Below, piece by piece: positions 18,788-28,555 of a stretch of DNA of 64,000 nucleotides. Every line of letters starts with the position of its first letter. The stretch's first letter is position 1. This DNA is from Candidatus Limnocylindria bacterium (GTDB lineage: Bacteria > Chloroflexota > Limnocylindria > P2-11E). Location of the stretch: positions 76,149-140,148 of the forward strand of contig JBBQZK010000001.1 in the NCBI GenBank assembly GCA_038207785.1. The letters are read 5' to 3'. The position numbers and the translations under genes are program-made. The notes under the pieces were generated by a model. That model was not told the origin of the DNA and ran no database searches. It saw only the letters and a list, made by a program, of their open reading frames with translations.

Positions 18788-20043
18788 GCGAGCTTCTCCC
18801 CCACCTGGCGTGCGTCAGCCCGCGCCGGGCCTCCCAGATTTGCCACCGTGCCCAGGCTATCCAGGTCATTCAGGAACGCGCGGATCTCGCGGGTCATGGC
18901 CTCCTCCTCGAGGAGGAACGAATCGTGGCCGTACGCCGCCTCGATGATGGCATGCCGGACCGTCGCGCCATTCGCGCGGAGCGCCGCGGCGATCTCCTCG
19001 GAGTCGCGCGGCGGGTAGAGCCAGTCGGATGAGAACGACAGCAGCAGCGTGGCCGCGCGGACCCGGGCCAGGGCACGCTCCAGCGAGCCGCCGCCGTAGC
19101 TGCGGGCGAGATCGAAGTATGTGAGTGCGCGCGAGATGTAGAGGTAGGCATTCGCGTCGAACCGCGCGGCGAACGCCTCGGCCTGGTACTTCAGATACGA
19201 CTCGACCGCGAAGTCCGGCGTCGCGAGCTCGTAGAGCGGATCGTCCCCGCCGCGCTGGAACCGCCGACCGAACTTCTCGCGGACCGCTTGCGCCGACAGA
19301 TAGGTGATGTGGCCGACCATCCGCGCGACCTTGATGCCGGCGTCGGGGGCCCGCCCGGTGCCGTAGTACGCGCCGCCCTGCCAGTCCGGATCGCTGGTGA
19401 TCGCATTGCGCGCGATAGCGTTCCAGGCGACGCCCTGCGTGCCGAGTCGCGCAGTGCTCGCGATCGGCACGATGGACCGGACGGCGCCGGGGTAGGCCAC
19501 GGCCCACTCGAGGGCTTGCATCCCGCCGAGCGAGCCGCCGCTGATCGCGACCAGCCGGTCGATCCCGAGGGCGCGGAGGAAGGCCTCCTCGGCCCTGACC
19601 ATGTCCCCGACCGTGAGCACCGGGAACGCCGCGCCGTACGGCCGTCCGGTGGCGGGATCGATGGACGCCGGCCCGGTCGAGCCGCGGCACGATCCGATGA
19701 GGTTGCTGCAGACGATGAAGTAGCGGTCCGTGTCGAACGCCTTGCCCGGCCCGATCATCCCGTCCCACCAGCCCAGGCCGCGCTTCCCGCGGTCGGCCGC
19801 GCCAACCCCGTCGACGGTGGTGGGCGCCTCGGGGTCGTCGCTCCAGCCGGCGGCGTGGGCGTCGGCCGAGAGGGCGTGGCAGACGAGGATGACGTTGTCC
19901 TTCGCCGGCGCGAGCATGCCGTAGGTCTCGTATGCGATCCGGACCGGGGCCAGGCTCTTCCCCGAGTCCAGCCGGAGCGGCTCCGCGAGGTCGAGATGCT
20001 CGGTCCGGATCGTGCCGACCGAGCCGCGCCGGTCAGCCGGCAC
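18784..20043 (-). CDS. metX: Homoserine O-acetyltransferase
   Basis: LVCHALSADAH, GWWDGMIGPGKAFDT, GGSLGGMQ, SDWLYP, YGHDSFL; start at GTG 20043 with GGAG upstream. Confidence 0.92.
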   Translation of the reverse strand: MPADRRGSVGTIRTEHLDLAEPLRLDSGKSLAPVRIAYETYGMLAPAKDNVILVCHALSADAHAAGWSDDPEAPTTVDGVGAADRGKRGLGWWDGMIGPGKAFDTDRYFIVCSNLIGSCRGSTGPASIDPATGRPYGAAFPVLTVGDMVRAEEAFLRALGIDRLVAISGGSLGGMQALEWAVAYPGAVRSIVPIASTARLGTQGVAWNAIARNAITSDPDWQGGAYYGTGRAPDAGIKVARMVGHITYLSAQAVREKFGRRFQRGGDDPLYELATPDFAVESYLKYQAEAFAARFDANAYLYISRALTYFDLARSYGGGSLERALARVRAATLLLSFSSDWLYPPRDSEEIAAALRANGATVRHAIIEAAYGHDSFLLEEEAMTREIRAFLNDLDSLGTVANLGGPARADARQVGEKLA

Positions 20044-20134
20044 GGTGTGCGCTCCGCTCGAGATGCAGCGTTTCCAGCAGGGCGACCCGCGGGCCGAGCA
20101 GCGTCGGGTCACGGCGATCAGGGGTCACGAGCAC
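20033..20134 (-). CDS. Putative leaderless upstream ORF/leader peptide (33 aa) overlapping the metX start
   Basis: TACCGT (20141-20146) 6 nt before GTG 20134; GC-rich third positions; stop overlaps the first metX codons. Confidence 0.35.
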   Translation of the reverse strand: MLVTPDRRDPTLLGPRVALLETLHLERSAHRAG

Positions 20135-20227
20135 CATCGAACGGTAGCGGACCCCCGCGGCGATGAGTGATCCTGGACGTGCGCACGGCCGCCCTCGCGA
20201 GAGCGTTCGCGCCGATAAACTCGGTCG

Positions 20228-21034
20228 ATGCCCGTCCGCGTGATCCTGTTCGACCTCGATAACACCCTGCTGCTCGAGGACGAAGCGACCGATCTCGCGC
20301 TGGGACGGACCAGCGACATCGCCGCGGAGCGGACGGGCGCCGATGCCGGCGTGATCCGCGCTGCGGCGGCGGAGGCGGCGGAGCAGCTGTTCCGCGCCGG
20401 GCCGGCGTTCGGCTACGCCGATGCGATGGGCATCTGGTGGGGCGAAGCGCTCTGGGGCGCGTTCGCCGGTGACGCTGCCGGCCTGCGGAGCCTGCGGGCG
20501 TTCGTGCCGCGGTTCAGGCGCGACGTGTGGGGCCACGCGCTCGCCGCCGCCGCGGTGCGCGACGCGGCGCTCGTGGACGAGCTCGTCGGTGCGTTCGGGG
20601 CGGCGCGGCGGGCCATCGTGCTCGTGGACCCGCGGGCCGAAGACACGCTCGATGATCTCGCGCGCGACCACCGTCTCGGGCTGATCACCAACGGTGCCGG
20701 GGACGTCCAGCGCGAGAAGCTCGCGGCGACGGCGCTCGCCCCGCGGTTCGACGCGATCGTCGTCTCCGCCGAGCTTGGCTTCGGCAAGCCCGACAGGCGC
20801 ATCTTCGAGGCGGCGCTCGCGGCGCTCGGCGTCCCGGCCGGCGATGCGGTCATGGTCGGAGATAGCCTCGACCGCGACATCGCCGGCGCGCATCGCGCCG
20901 GCGTGCGGAGCGTGTGGCTGGACCGCTCGGGCGGCGGCGGATCGGCGATCCCGGACGCGACGATCGGCGAGCTCGACGACCTTCGCGGCGCCCTGCTCGA
21001 GCTCGACCGCGCCGCGCTGCGCCGACCGGCATGA
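20228..21034 (+). CDS. HAD-superfamily hydrolase (subfamily IA), first gene of the his operon
   Basis: FDLDNTL, ITNG, GKPD, VGDSLDRDI; TAAACT -10 6 nt upstream; ATGA overlap with hisZ. Confidence 0.88.
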   Translation: MPVRVILFDLDNTLLLEDEATDLALGRTSDIAAERTGADAGVIRAAAAEAAEQLFRAGPAFGYADAMGIWWGEALWGAFAGDAAGLRSLRAFVPRFRRDVWGHALAAAAVRDAALVDELVGAFGAARRAIVLVDPRAEDTLDDLARDHRLGLITNGAGDVQREKLAATALAPRFDAIVVSAELGFGKPDRRIFEAALAALGVPAGDAVMVGDSLDRDIAGAHRAGVRSVWLDRSGGGGSAIPDATIGELDDLRGALLELDRAALRRPA

Positions 21035-22224
21035 ACCTCGCTCTGCCGCGCGGCTTCCGCGACATTCTGCCGACGGAAGCGCGCGAGCTGCACGCGATCG
21101 AACGCACGCTGATGGGAACGTTCGCGCAGTACGGCTACGTGCCGCTCGAGCCGCCGACGGTGGAATTCGCTCAGAGCGCCGTGACCGTGGACGAGCGCCG
21201 GACGCTGCGGTTCCTCGATCGCGACGGGCAGCTCGTGGCGCTCCGTCCCGACGTGACGACTGCCGTCGCGCGCGTCGTCGCCCAGCGGTACCGGGACGCC
21301 GACGCCGCGCTCCGGCTCGCTTACTTCGCGCCCATCTTCCGCGAAGAGACGTCGATGCGCGGATCCGAGCGCGAATATGACCAGGCCGGAGTCGAGCTGA
21401 TCGGGGATCCGAGCCTGCGCGCGGACGCGGAGGTGATCGCGCTCCTGGCGGACGCGCTCGCGCGCTGCGGCCTCCTCAATGTGGAGATCGACATCGCGCA
21501 CGTCGGCTTCGTCGAGGGTTTCATCGCTGAGCTGCCGGAGACGGCCCGCGAGGGGGTGAGCGCCGCGGCCCGGTCCGGTGATCTCGTCGGCACGGTGGCG
21601 CTCGCGCGCGCGGCCGGGATGACCGCACCGCGCACGACCGCGCTCGAACGCGGCCTCCGCCACCGGTCTGCGGATCTCGCGGCGGCGCGAGCGGACGCTC
21701 CGCCGGCGTCGCAACGGGCCCTCGACCGGCTCGAGTCGCTCGAGCCGCTTCTCGAAGCCGCGGGCGTAGGGGCCGCGGTCCAGTTCGATCTCGGATTCGT
21801 GCCCGCGCTCCCGTATTACACGGGCGTCGTCTTCCAGGTCACCGTGCCGGACCTCGGATTCCCGATCGCGGCCGGTGGCCGGTACGACGGCCTGCTCGCG
21901 CGATTCGGCGCGGACCGCGCGGCCACGGGCTTCGGCATCGCCGTTCCGCACCTCCACCAGGCCCTGGTCGCCGTCGGCTGGAACGCCGAGGCCGGCGTGC
22001 CGCTCCTCGTGCTGGCGCCGGGCGGCGACGACGGCACCACCCTCCGCGTGGCCGCGGCCCTGCGTGGGGCGGGGATCGGCGTGGCGATCGGCGACGTCGC
22101 CGAACGCGCGGGGCAGGACGTGCGCCGCGCTCGCGTGATCGACGACGGCCACGTCGAATACGACGGCGTGGTCCGGGCCCTCGAGGCCGTGATCGCGACA
22201 CTGGCCGGTCGGGCGCCGCAATGA
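21031..22224 (+). CDS. hisZ: ATP phosphoribosyltransferase regulatory subunit
   Basis: LPRGFRD, LRPDVT, REYDQAGVELIG, YYTGVVF, GGRYD; directly before short HisG. Confidence 0.9.
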   Translation: MNLALPRGFRDILPTEARELHAIERTLMGTFAQYGYVPLEPPTVEFAQSAVTVDERRTLRFLDRDGQLVALRPDVTTAVARVVAQRYRDADAALRLAYFAPIFREETSMRGSEREYDQAGVELIGDPSLRADAEVIALLADALARCGLLNVEIDIAHVGFVEGFIAELPETAREGVSAAARSGDLVGTVALARAAGMTAPRTTALERGLRHRSADLAAARADAPPASQRALDRLESLEPLLEAAGVGAAVQFDLGFVPALPYYTGVVFQVTVPDLGFPIAAGGRYDGLLARFGADRAATGFGIAVPHLHQALVAVGWNAEAGVPLLVLAPGGDDGTTLRVAAALRGAGIGVAIGDVAERAGQDVRRARVIDDGHVEYDGVVRALEAVIATLAGRAPQ

Positions 22225-22862
22225 GGCCGCTGCGGATCGCCCTTGCCCAGGGCGCGCTATTCGCCGATTCACGCACCGCCCTCGCCGCCGCGGGGCTCCC
22301 GACGGACGCGCTCGCGGACGGTGGCCGCCGCCTCGTGGTGCCCGCCGGGGATGTCGAGTACGTGCTCGCCCGGCCGAGCGACGTCCCGACCCACGTGGCG
22401 CACGGCGCGGCCGATGTCGGCATCGTCGGCAAGGACGTGCTGCTCGAAAGTGAGGCCGACGTCCTGGAGCTGGTGGACCTCGGGTACGGCGCGTGCCGCT
22501 TCGTCGTCGCGGCCCCAGCCGACGCCATCGACCGGTCGATGGACGAATACCGCCATCTCGGGTCGCTCGAGGTCGCGACGAAGTACCCGCGCGTGGCCGA
22601 GCGTCATTTCCAGGGCCGGGGGATCCAGGTCGAGATCATCAAGCTCAACGGCTCGGTGGAGCTGGCGCCGCAGGTGGGGCTCGCGGACTGGATCGTCGAC
22701 CTGGTGAGCACCGGTCGCACGCTCAGCGAGAACCGCCTCGCGATCCTCGAGGAGATCGCGGTATGCACGGCCCGGTTGATCGCCAATCGGGTGAGCTATG
22801 CGCGCGATCGCGCGCGTATCGCCACCCTCGCGGCCGACCTCGAACGGTGGGCGTCGCGGTGA
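22221..22862 (+). CDS. hisG: ATP phosphoribosyltransferase, short form
   Basis: RPSDVPT, DVGIVGKDVL.E, VATKYP, GSVELAP, IVDLVSTG.TL. Confidence 0.94.
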   Translation: MRPLRIALAQGALFADSRTALAAAGLPTDALADGGRRLVVPAGDVEYVLARPSDVPTHVAHGAADVGIVGKDVLLESEADVLELVDLGYGACRFVVAAPADAIDRSMDEYRHLGSLEVATKYPRVAERHFQGRGIQVEIIKLNGSVELAPQVGLADWIVDLVSTGRTLSENRLAILEEIAVCTARLIANRVSYARDRARIATLAADLERWASR

Positions 22863-24106
22863 CCGTGCGCGTCGGCGATCTCGCCGCGTTCCGCCGGGAG
22901 GTGAAGCGGCGTCGCGCGCGGTCGGTCTTCGAGCCGGCGTCGCTCAGGGCGGCGCGGCGCACGATCGCCGACGTACGCCTTCGTGGCGACGCCGCGGTCC
23001 TCGCGAACGTCCGCAGATTCGACCGCGCCGCCGCCGTCACCGCGGACCTCTGGGTGGATGCCCGCGCGCTCCGGGCGGCGGCACGCCGCTGCCCCGCCGA
23101 GCTGCGGGCGGCGCTCGACCATTCGTACGACGCGATCCTCGCGTTCCATCGGCTGCAGCGACCGAAGGCGCTGATCTACCGCGGCAGGTCGTTCACCGAC
23201 GCGCTCGTGCCACAGCCACTCGTGCGCGTCGGCGGCTGCGTGCCCCGCGGGACCGTCGCGTATCCCTCGACCGCGCTGATGATCGGCGTTCCGGCCCAGG
23301 TCGCCGGAGTCACCGATCTGGTGCTCGTATCACCGATGCCGGCGGACGGCGGCATCGATCCCGCGCTCGCGTATGCCGCGACGAAGGTCGGCGCGCGCGG
23401 CCTCTACCGGGCCGGCGGTGCGGCGGCCGTGGCCGCGCTCGCGTACGGGACCCGTGCCGTCGCGGCGGTCGACAAGATCCTCGGCCCGGGGAACGCGTAC
23501 ACCACCACGGCAAAGTGGCTCGTCTCCGCGGACGTCGGCATCGACGCGCTGCAGGGTCCGAGCGAGCTCGTGGTCATCGCGTCGAAGGACTCTGACCCGG
23601 CCGCGATCGTGCTTGATCTCGAGGCGCAGGCCGAGCACGGCGGCCGGCCGTTCGCGGCGCTCCTTTGCGATGACGATGGGGTCCTCGCAGTGGTCCGGGC
23701 GGTCGTCGCCAGCCTCCAGCCCCCGGGAGACGGCGCGATCGGCCTCTACCGCGTGCCATCCCTAGCGGCCGCAGTCGACGCCGCGGCGTTCGCCGCGCCC
23801 GAGCACCTCCACCTCGCGGGCGCGCGCGCCGGGCGGCTCGTCGACCGCGTCCGGAACGCCGGCGCGGTGTTCGTCGGCACGCGGTCGGCGGTGGCATTCG
23901 GCGACTACATCGCAGGCTCGAACCACTGCCTTCCGACCGGCGGCACGGCGCGCTGGGCGTCGCCCCTGCGGGTGGAGGACTTCGTCCATTGGTCCACCCG
24001 CGTCACCGCCGGGCGTGACGTCGCCGCGGCCGCCGGTGCCGGCGCGGCGATCGCGAGGACCGAGGGGATGGTCTTCCACGCCGCCTCCATGGAGCTGCGC
24101 GGCTAG
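22859..24106 (+). CDS. hisD: Histidinol dehydrogenase
   Basis: YPSTALM, DKILGPGNAY, GPSE, QAEH, APEHL, GDYIAGSNHCLPTGG; GTGA overlap with hisG. Confidence 0.92.
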   Translation: MTVRVGDLAAFRREVKRRRARSVFEPASLRAARRTIADVRLRGDAAVLANVRRFDRAAAVTADLWVDARALRAAARRCPAELRAALDHSYDAILAFHRLQRPKALIYRGRSFTDALVPQPLVRVGGCVPRGTVAYPSTALMIGVPAQVAGVTDLVLVSPMPADGGIDPALAYAATKVGARGLYRAGGAAAVAALAYGTRAVAAVDKILGPGNAYTTTAKWLVSADVGIDALQGPSELVVIASKDSDPAAIVLDLEAQAEHGGRPFAALLCDDDGVLAVVRAVVASLQPPGDGAIGLYRVPSLAAAVDAAAFAAPEHLHLAGARAGRLVDRVRNAGAVFVGTRSAVAFGDYIAGSNHCLPTGGTARWASPLRVEDFVHWSTRVTAGRDVAAAAGAGAAIARTEGMVFHAASMELRG

Positions 24107-24118
24107 CGACGGTCCGGC

Positions 24119-25222
24119 ATGTGGCAGGCTATGAAGGTGAAAGACCGGCTTCCCCGCCCGCGCACCGATCTCGAGACATTCCAGGCCTACCGGACCCAGC
24201 AGATGGCCGCGGACGTCCGAGTGCATGCGAACGAGTGGGCCGAGCCGAACCCCGCCGGGGACCATCTCACCGCGGCCGAGCTCGGCGAGATCCTCCTCAA
24301 TCGCTACCCGTCCGCCCGCGCGAGCGCCCGTCTGCGGGACGCCCTATCGGGCCAGCTCGGCGTCGCGCCCGAGCAGCTGATCTTCGGGAACGGCAGCAAC
24401 GAGGTCCTTCTGAACACATTCCTCGTCTTCGGCGGACATGCCCGCACGACCCTGCTCTTCCAGCCCACGTATTCGATGCACGGCCGGCTCACCCAGATCG
24501 CCGGAGGCACGGTGGCCGAGGAGCACGTGGGCCTGCCCTACGAGATCACCCCGGAACGCGCGCTCGCGGCGATGGAGTGCACGCATCCGCACATCGTCTG
24601 CTTCACCACTCCGAACAATCCGACGGGAAACCTCATCGACGAGACCGTGATCCTCGCGGTGGCCGAGCGCTACCCGGAGACCGTGGTGTTGGTCGACGAG
24701 GCGTACAGCGACTTCTCCGGAACGACGATCGTGCCTGCGCTCGCGGCGCATCCCAACGTCGTGGTGGCGAAGACCTTTTCGAAGGCCCGCGCGGCGGCCG
24801 GCTTGCGCCTCGGCATCCTCGTCGTGCACCCCCACATGGCCGAGGTCTTCCACGCGGTCCAGCTGCCCTACAACGTCGGGCCGCTCACGACCATCGTCGG
24901 CGGGCGCATCGCCGAGCGCGAGCGGGACGTCCGGCGGCGCGTCGCGCAATGCACCGTCGAGCGCGAGCGCGTGTACGACGCGCTGGGGCGTGCACCAGGG
25001 GTGGAGGTGTTTCCCTCGGTCACCAACTTCATCCTGTTCCGCCTGGTCGATCGCGCGCCGAGCGAGATCCATGCCGCATTCCTCGATCACGGCATCCTGC
25101 TGCGGGACGTGTCGTCCTGGCCGGGATGTGCCGGATGCCTGCGCGTGTCGGTCGGGACCCCGGCCGAGAACGATCGGGTCATCGCCGCGATCGGTGCGGT
25201 CTTCGCGATGGTGCGCGCGTGA
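24119..25222 (+). CDS. hisC: Histidinol-phosphate aminotransferase
   Basis: ANE, NRYP, GNGSNE, PNNPTG, VDEAY, TFSKA..AAGLRLG; start may be 24131. Confidence 0.93.
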   Translation: MWQAMKVKDRLPRPRTDLETFQAYRTQQMAADVRVHANEWAEPNPAGDHLTAAELGEILLNRYPSARASARLRDALSGQLGVAPEQLIFGNGSNEVLLNTFLVFGGHARTTLLFQPTYSMHGRLTQIAGGTVAEEHVGLPYEITPERALAAMECTHPHIVCFTTPNNPTGNLIDETVILAVAERYPETVVLVDEAYSDFSGTTIVPALAAHPNVVVAKTFSKARAAAGLRLGILVVHPHMAEVFHAVQLPYNVGPLTTIVGGRIAERERDVRRRVAQCTVERERVYDALGRAPGVEVFPSVTNFILFRLVDRAPSEIHAAFLDHGILLRDVSSWPGCAGCLRVSVGTPAENDRVIAAIGAVFAMVRA

Positions 25223-25821
25223 CGGCCGCGCGCGCGGGCTCGCGATCGCGCAAGACGAAGGAGACGAACGTCGCCGTCACGCTGAAGCTCGACGCCAAGG
25301 GCGCCGCGCGCGTCTCGACGGGCATCCCGTTCATGGACCACATGCTCGAGCTGATGGCGGTGCACGGACTGATCGATCTCACGGTGCGGGCGACGGGCGA
25401 TCTCGCGGTGGATCAACACCACACGGTCGAGGATCTCGGTCTCGTGCTCGGCCGTGCGCTCGATGCCGCGCTGGGCGATCGCGCCGGCATCGTGCGCTTC
25501 GCCTCGCTGACGGTCCCGATGGATGAATGCCTCGTGAACGTGGCCATCGATCTCGGTGGGCGGCCCGCGTTCGCGTACGACCTGACGCCGTCGGAGCGGA
25601 TCGTCGGCACCTTCGACACGACGCTCATGCCCCACTTCCTCGGATCGCTCGCTCAGACCGGCCGCCTGACCCTGCACGTTACGCAGGTCCGCGGCGGCAA
25701 TCCGCATCACCTCCTCGAGGCGACGATGAAAGGGCTCGGTCGGGTCATCGATGCCGCGTCGCGACGCGATGCCCGCCGGAAGGGCCGGGCTCCCTCGAGC
25801 AAGGGCCGGATCGGTGTCTAG
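25219..25821 (+). CDS. hisB: Imidazoleglycerol-phosphate dehydratase (monofunctional)
   Basis: RKTKET, TGIPFMDHML, DQHHTVED, PMDE, NPHHLLEA. Confidence 0.95.
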   Translation: MTAARAGSRSRKTKETNVAVTLKLDAKGAARVSTGIPFMDHMLELMAVHGLIDLTVRATGDLAVDQHHTVEDLGLVLGRALDAALGDRAGIVRFASLTVPMDECLVNVAIDLGGRPAFAYDLTPSERIVGTFDTTLMPHFLGSLAQTGRLTLHVTQVRGGNPHHLLEATMKGLGRVIDAASRRDARRKGRAPSSKGRIGV

Positions 25822-25845
25822 CCCGGGTCCCGCCGGGAGCATCCG

Positions 25846-26472
25846 GTGATCGCCATCGTCGATTATGGCGTCGGCAATCTCGCGAGCGTCCGCAAAGCGT
25901 TCGCCGCGGTCGGAGCGCGCGCCGACCTGGTGCACGATCCGATCGCCTTGCGCGACGCCGCAGCGATCGTGCTTCCCGGCGTCGGTAATTTTGGCCACTG
26001 CGCTCGCGAGCTCGCTCGGTTCGGGTTCCCCCCCGAGCTCCGCGCGGCGCGCCACCGGGGAGTGCCTCTGCTCGGCATCTGTGTCGGGATGCAGCTGCTC
26101 TTCGACGGAAGCGAGGAGGACCCGGCTGAAGTCGGCCTCGGCTTCTACCCCGGCTCGGTCGCGAGGCTGACCGGCGTCCCGCGCGTCCCGCAGATCGGAT
26201 GGAACGCGGTGCGCCTGACGGGCGATCACCCCTGGCTCCGCGATGTCGCCGACGGCGACTTCTTCTATTTCGTCCACAGCTACGCGGCGGAGGCCGTCGA
26301 CGACGTCACGCTCGGCACGATGGACTACGGAGGCAAGCGTCTGGCGATCGCCGGCAGCGACGGGCTGCTCGGCGTGCAGTTCCACCCGGAGAAGTCCGGC
26401 GCCAATGGCCTCCGCCTCCTGCGCGCCTTCGCGACCGCCGACGCCGGCGTGGGCGCGGGAAGGCGCGGTTGA
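25846..26472 (+). CDS. hisH: Imidazole glycerol phosphate synthase, glutaminase subunit
   Basis: IVDYGVGNL.SV, LPGVG, GICVGMQ, YFVHSY, QFHPEKS. Confidence 0.96.
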   Translation: MIAIVDYGVGNLASVRKAFAAVGARADLVHDPIALRDAAAIVLPGVGNFGHCARELARFGFPPELRAARHRGVPLLGICVGMQLLFDGSEEDPAEVGLGFYPGSVARLTGVPRVPQIGWNAVRLTGDHPWLRDVADGDFFYFVHSYAAEAVDDVTLGTMDYGGKRLAIAGSDGLLGVQFHPEKSGANGLRLLRAFATADAGVGAGRRG

Positions 26473-27245
26473 TGCTCGCGAAACGGATCATCCCGTGCCT
26501 CGACGTCCGGGACGGCCGTGTCGTGAAGGGCACGCGCTTCACCGACCTTCGCGATGCCGGCGATCCGGTGGAGCTGGCAGGCCGGTACGACCGCGAGGGT
26601 GGGGACGAGCTCGTGTTCCTCGACATCGCCGCGTCGGCCGAGCGGCGCCGCACCGTCGTCGATCTGGCCGCCCGTGTCGCCGACGTCCTGTTCATCCCGT
26701 TCACGGTCGGCGGGGGTATCGGCTCGGCGGATCTCGCCGGCGAGATCCTTCGCGCGGGCGCGGACAAGGTCGCGGTCAACAGCGCCGCGGTCCGCGACCC
26801 GCGCCTCATCGCCGCGATCGCAAGCCGCTACGGCTCGCAGGCCACGGTCCTCTCGATCGACGCGCGCCGTGGTCCGCGCGGGTGGGAGGTCGTCGTCGAC
26901 GGCGGCCGCACGCCCACCGGAAAGGATGCGATCTCGTGGGCGGAGCTCGCGGTCGCCGGCGGCGCCGGCGAGATCCTTCTGAACAGCATCGATCGCGACG
27001 GGACGAAGCTCGGCTTCGATCTCGAGCTGACCGCCGCCGTCGCGGACGCCGTCGCGGTCCCGGTGATCGCCTCGGGTGGCGCGTCGTCAGCGGAGGATTA
27101 CGTCACGCTCTTCCGGCGTACGAACGCCGACGCTGGGCTCGCGGCTTCGATCTTCCATTACGGCGAGCTCACCGTCGGCGGCGTGAAGGACGTCCTCGCG
27201 GCGGCTGGCATCCCGGTCCGGCCGCCGGAGCGGGCGTTCGCGTGA
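26472..27245 (+). CDS. hisF: Imidazole glycerol phosphate synthase, cyclase subunit
   Basis: [42 protein letters not shown]. Confidence 0.96.
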   Translation: MLAKRIIPCLDVRDGRVVKGTRFTDLRDAGDPVELAGRYDREGGDELVFLDIAASAERRRTVVDLAARVADVLFIPFTVGGGIGSADLAGEILRAGADKVAVNSAAVRDPRLIAAIASRYGSQATVLSIDARRGPRGWEVVVDGGRTPTGKDAISWAELAVAGGAGEILLNSIDRDGTKLGFDLELTAAVADAVAVPVIASGGASSAEDYVTLFRRTNADAGLAASIFHYGELTVGGVKDVLAAAGIPVRPPERAFA

Positions 27246-27895
27246 ACGTCGCGCCGAACGCCGGCTTACATGTGGAGCCACGTGTAGAGGGGTTGCGGTT
27301 CGACGACCACGGGCTGGTGCCGGCGATCGTGCAGGACGCCGGGACCGGCACGGTGCTCATGCTCGCGTGGATGGATCGCGAGGCCATCGAGGCGACGGCG
27401 CGCACCGGTGAGGTCCATTTCCACAGCCGCTCGCGCGACGCGCTCTGGCGGAAAGGCGGCACCAGTGGCAACACGCTGCACGCCGTGGACCTTCGGATCG
27501 ACTGCGACGGCGACGCGATCCTCGTCCGGGCGCACCCGAAAGGGCCCGTCTGCCACACCGGTAGCGCCACATGCTGGGGAGACGATCCCGCGCCCCCGCT
27601 CGCGCGCACGCTCTCGGAGCTCGCCGCGCTGCTCAACGAACGGCGGCGCGAGCTGCCCGCGGGCTCGTACAGCGCCGAGCTCTTCCGCAGGGGTCGCGGC
27701 GCGATCGCCCAGAAGGTCGGCGAGGAGGCGTTGGAGCTCGCGCTCGCGGCCGTCGCCGAGTCGCCCGAACGGGCGCTGTCCGAGTTCACCGATGTCGTGT
27801 ATGCGCTGCTCGTCCTGGCGACGGACCTCGGCCTCACCGGCGACGACATCGCGCGGTCCCTGGCCGATAAGAAGAAGCGCGCCGCGGAGCGCTGA
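27242..27895 (+). CDS. hisIE: Bifunctional phosphoribosyl-AMP cyclohydrolase / phosphoribosyl-ATP pyrophosphatase
   Basis: GLVPAIVQD, SRSR..LWRKG.TSGN, DCDGD, CHTG...C; GSYS, KVGEEALE. Confidence 0.93.
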   Translation: MNVAPNAGLHVEPRVEGLRFDDHGLVPAIVQDAGTGTVLMLAWMDREAIEATARTGEVHFHSRSRDALWRKGGTSGNTLHAVDLRIDCDGDAILVRAHPKGPVCHTGSATCWGDDPAPPLARTLSELAALLNERRRELPAGSYSAELFRRGRGAIAQKVGEEALELALAAVAESPERALSEFTDVVYALLVLATDLGLTGDDIARSLADKKKRAAER

Positions 27896-27904
27896 GCCCG
27901 GCGC

Positions 27905-28555
27905 CTACGCGGCGCGATGACGCAGCGCGCGGACACCCACGACCGCGCCGAGGATGAGGAGCGCCCCCGCGGCGCTGATCGCCCAGTGGTCGGCGATATG
28001 CGGATCCAGGGCCGGATCGCCAAGGATCATGTCCGCGCTCGTCCAGACGAGCGCGAGCGCGCCCAGCCAGATGAGGCCCGGCGCGCGATCCAGCGCGCGC
28101 GCGATGATCCCGCTGCCAAAGAGGACGATCGGAATCGAGACGACGAGACCGAACGCGAGCAATGGCAGGTCGCCGTGCGCCGCGCCGCCGACGCCGAGAA
28201 CGTTCTCGACGCTCATCGCGGCGTCGGCGACGAGGATCGTCATCACCGCCTCGCGTAGCGAGCCCGCCGGCTGCACTGCCCCATGACCCTCGGGCGCGGA
28301 CGGGCGCACGAGCCGGTACGCGATGACCGCGAGGACGACGCCGCCGGCGAGCTGCAGATACGGGATCGCGAGCAGGAACGTCACGACGGCCGCCGCCGCG
28401 ATCCGCAGCACGACGGCGAGCACGCCACCCAGGACGATCGCGCGACGGCGCTGGGCGTCGGGCAGCCGGCGCGCCGCCATTCCGATGAGAAGGGCGTTGT
28501 CGCCCGAGAGTGCCAGGTCGATGAGGACGATCGCGATGACCGCGGAAAGATCCAT
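27905..28555 (-). CDS. TerC family (YjbE-like) membrane protein
   Basis: IDLALSGDNA, ILVADAAMSVENVL, GLVVSIPI; TGATG overlap with the LysR gene. Confidence 0.9.
   Translation of the reverse strand: MDLSAVIAIVLIDLALSGDNALLIGMAARRLPDAQRRRAIVLGGVLAVVLRIAAAAVVTFLLAIPYLQLAGGVVLAVIAYRLVRPSAPEGHGAVQPAGSLREAVMTILVADAAMSVENVLGVGGAAHGDLPLLAFGLVVSIPIVLFGSGIIARALDRAPGLIWLGALALVWTSADMILGDPALDPHIADHWAISAAGALLILGAVVGVRALRHRAA

Noticed and set aside
20044-20227. SAM/SAH riboswitch upstream of metX-metY
   Set aside because: No recognisable SAM-I, II, IV or SAH core sequence by eye; an Infernal/Rfam scan is needed to exclude it fully.
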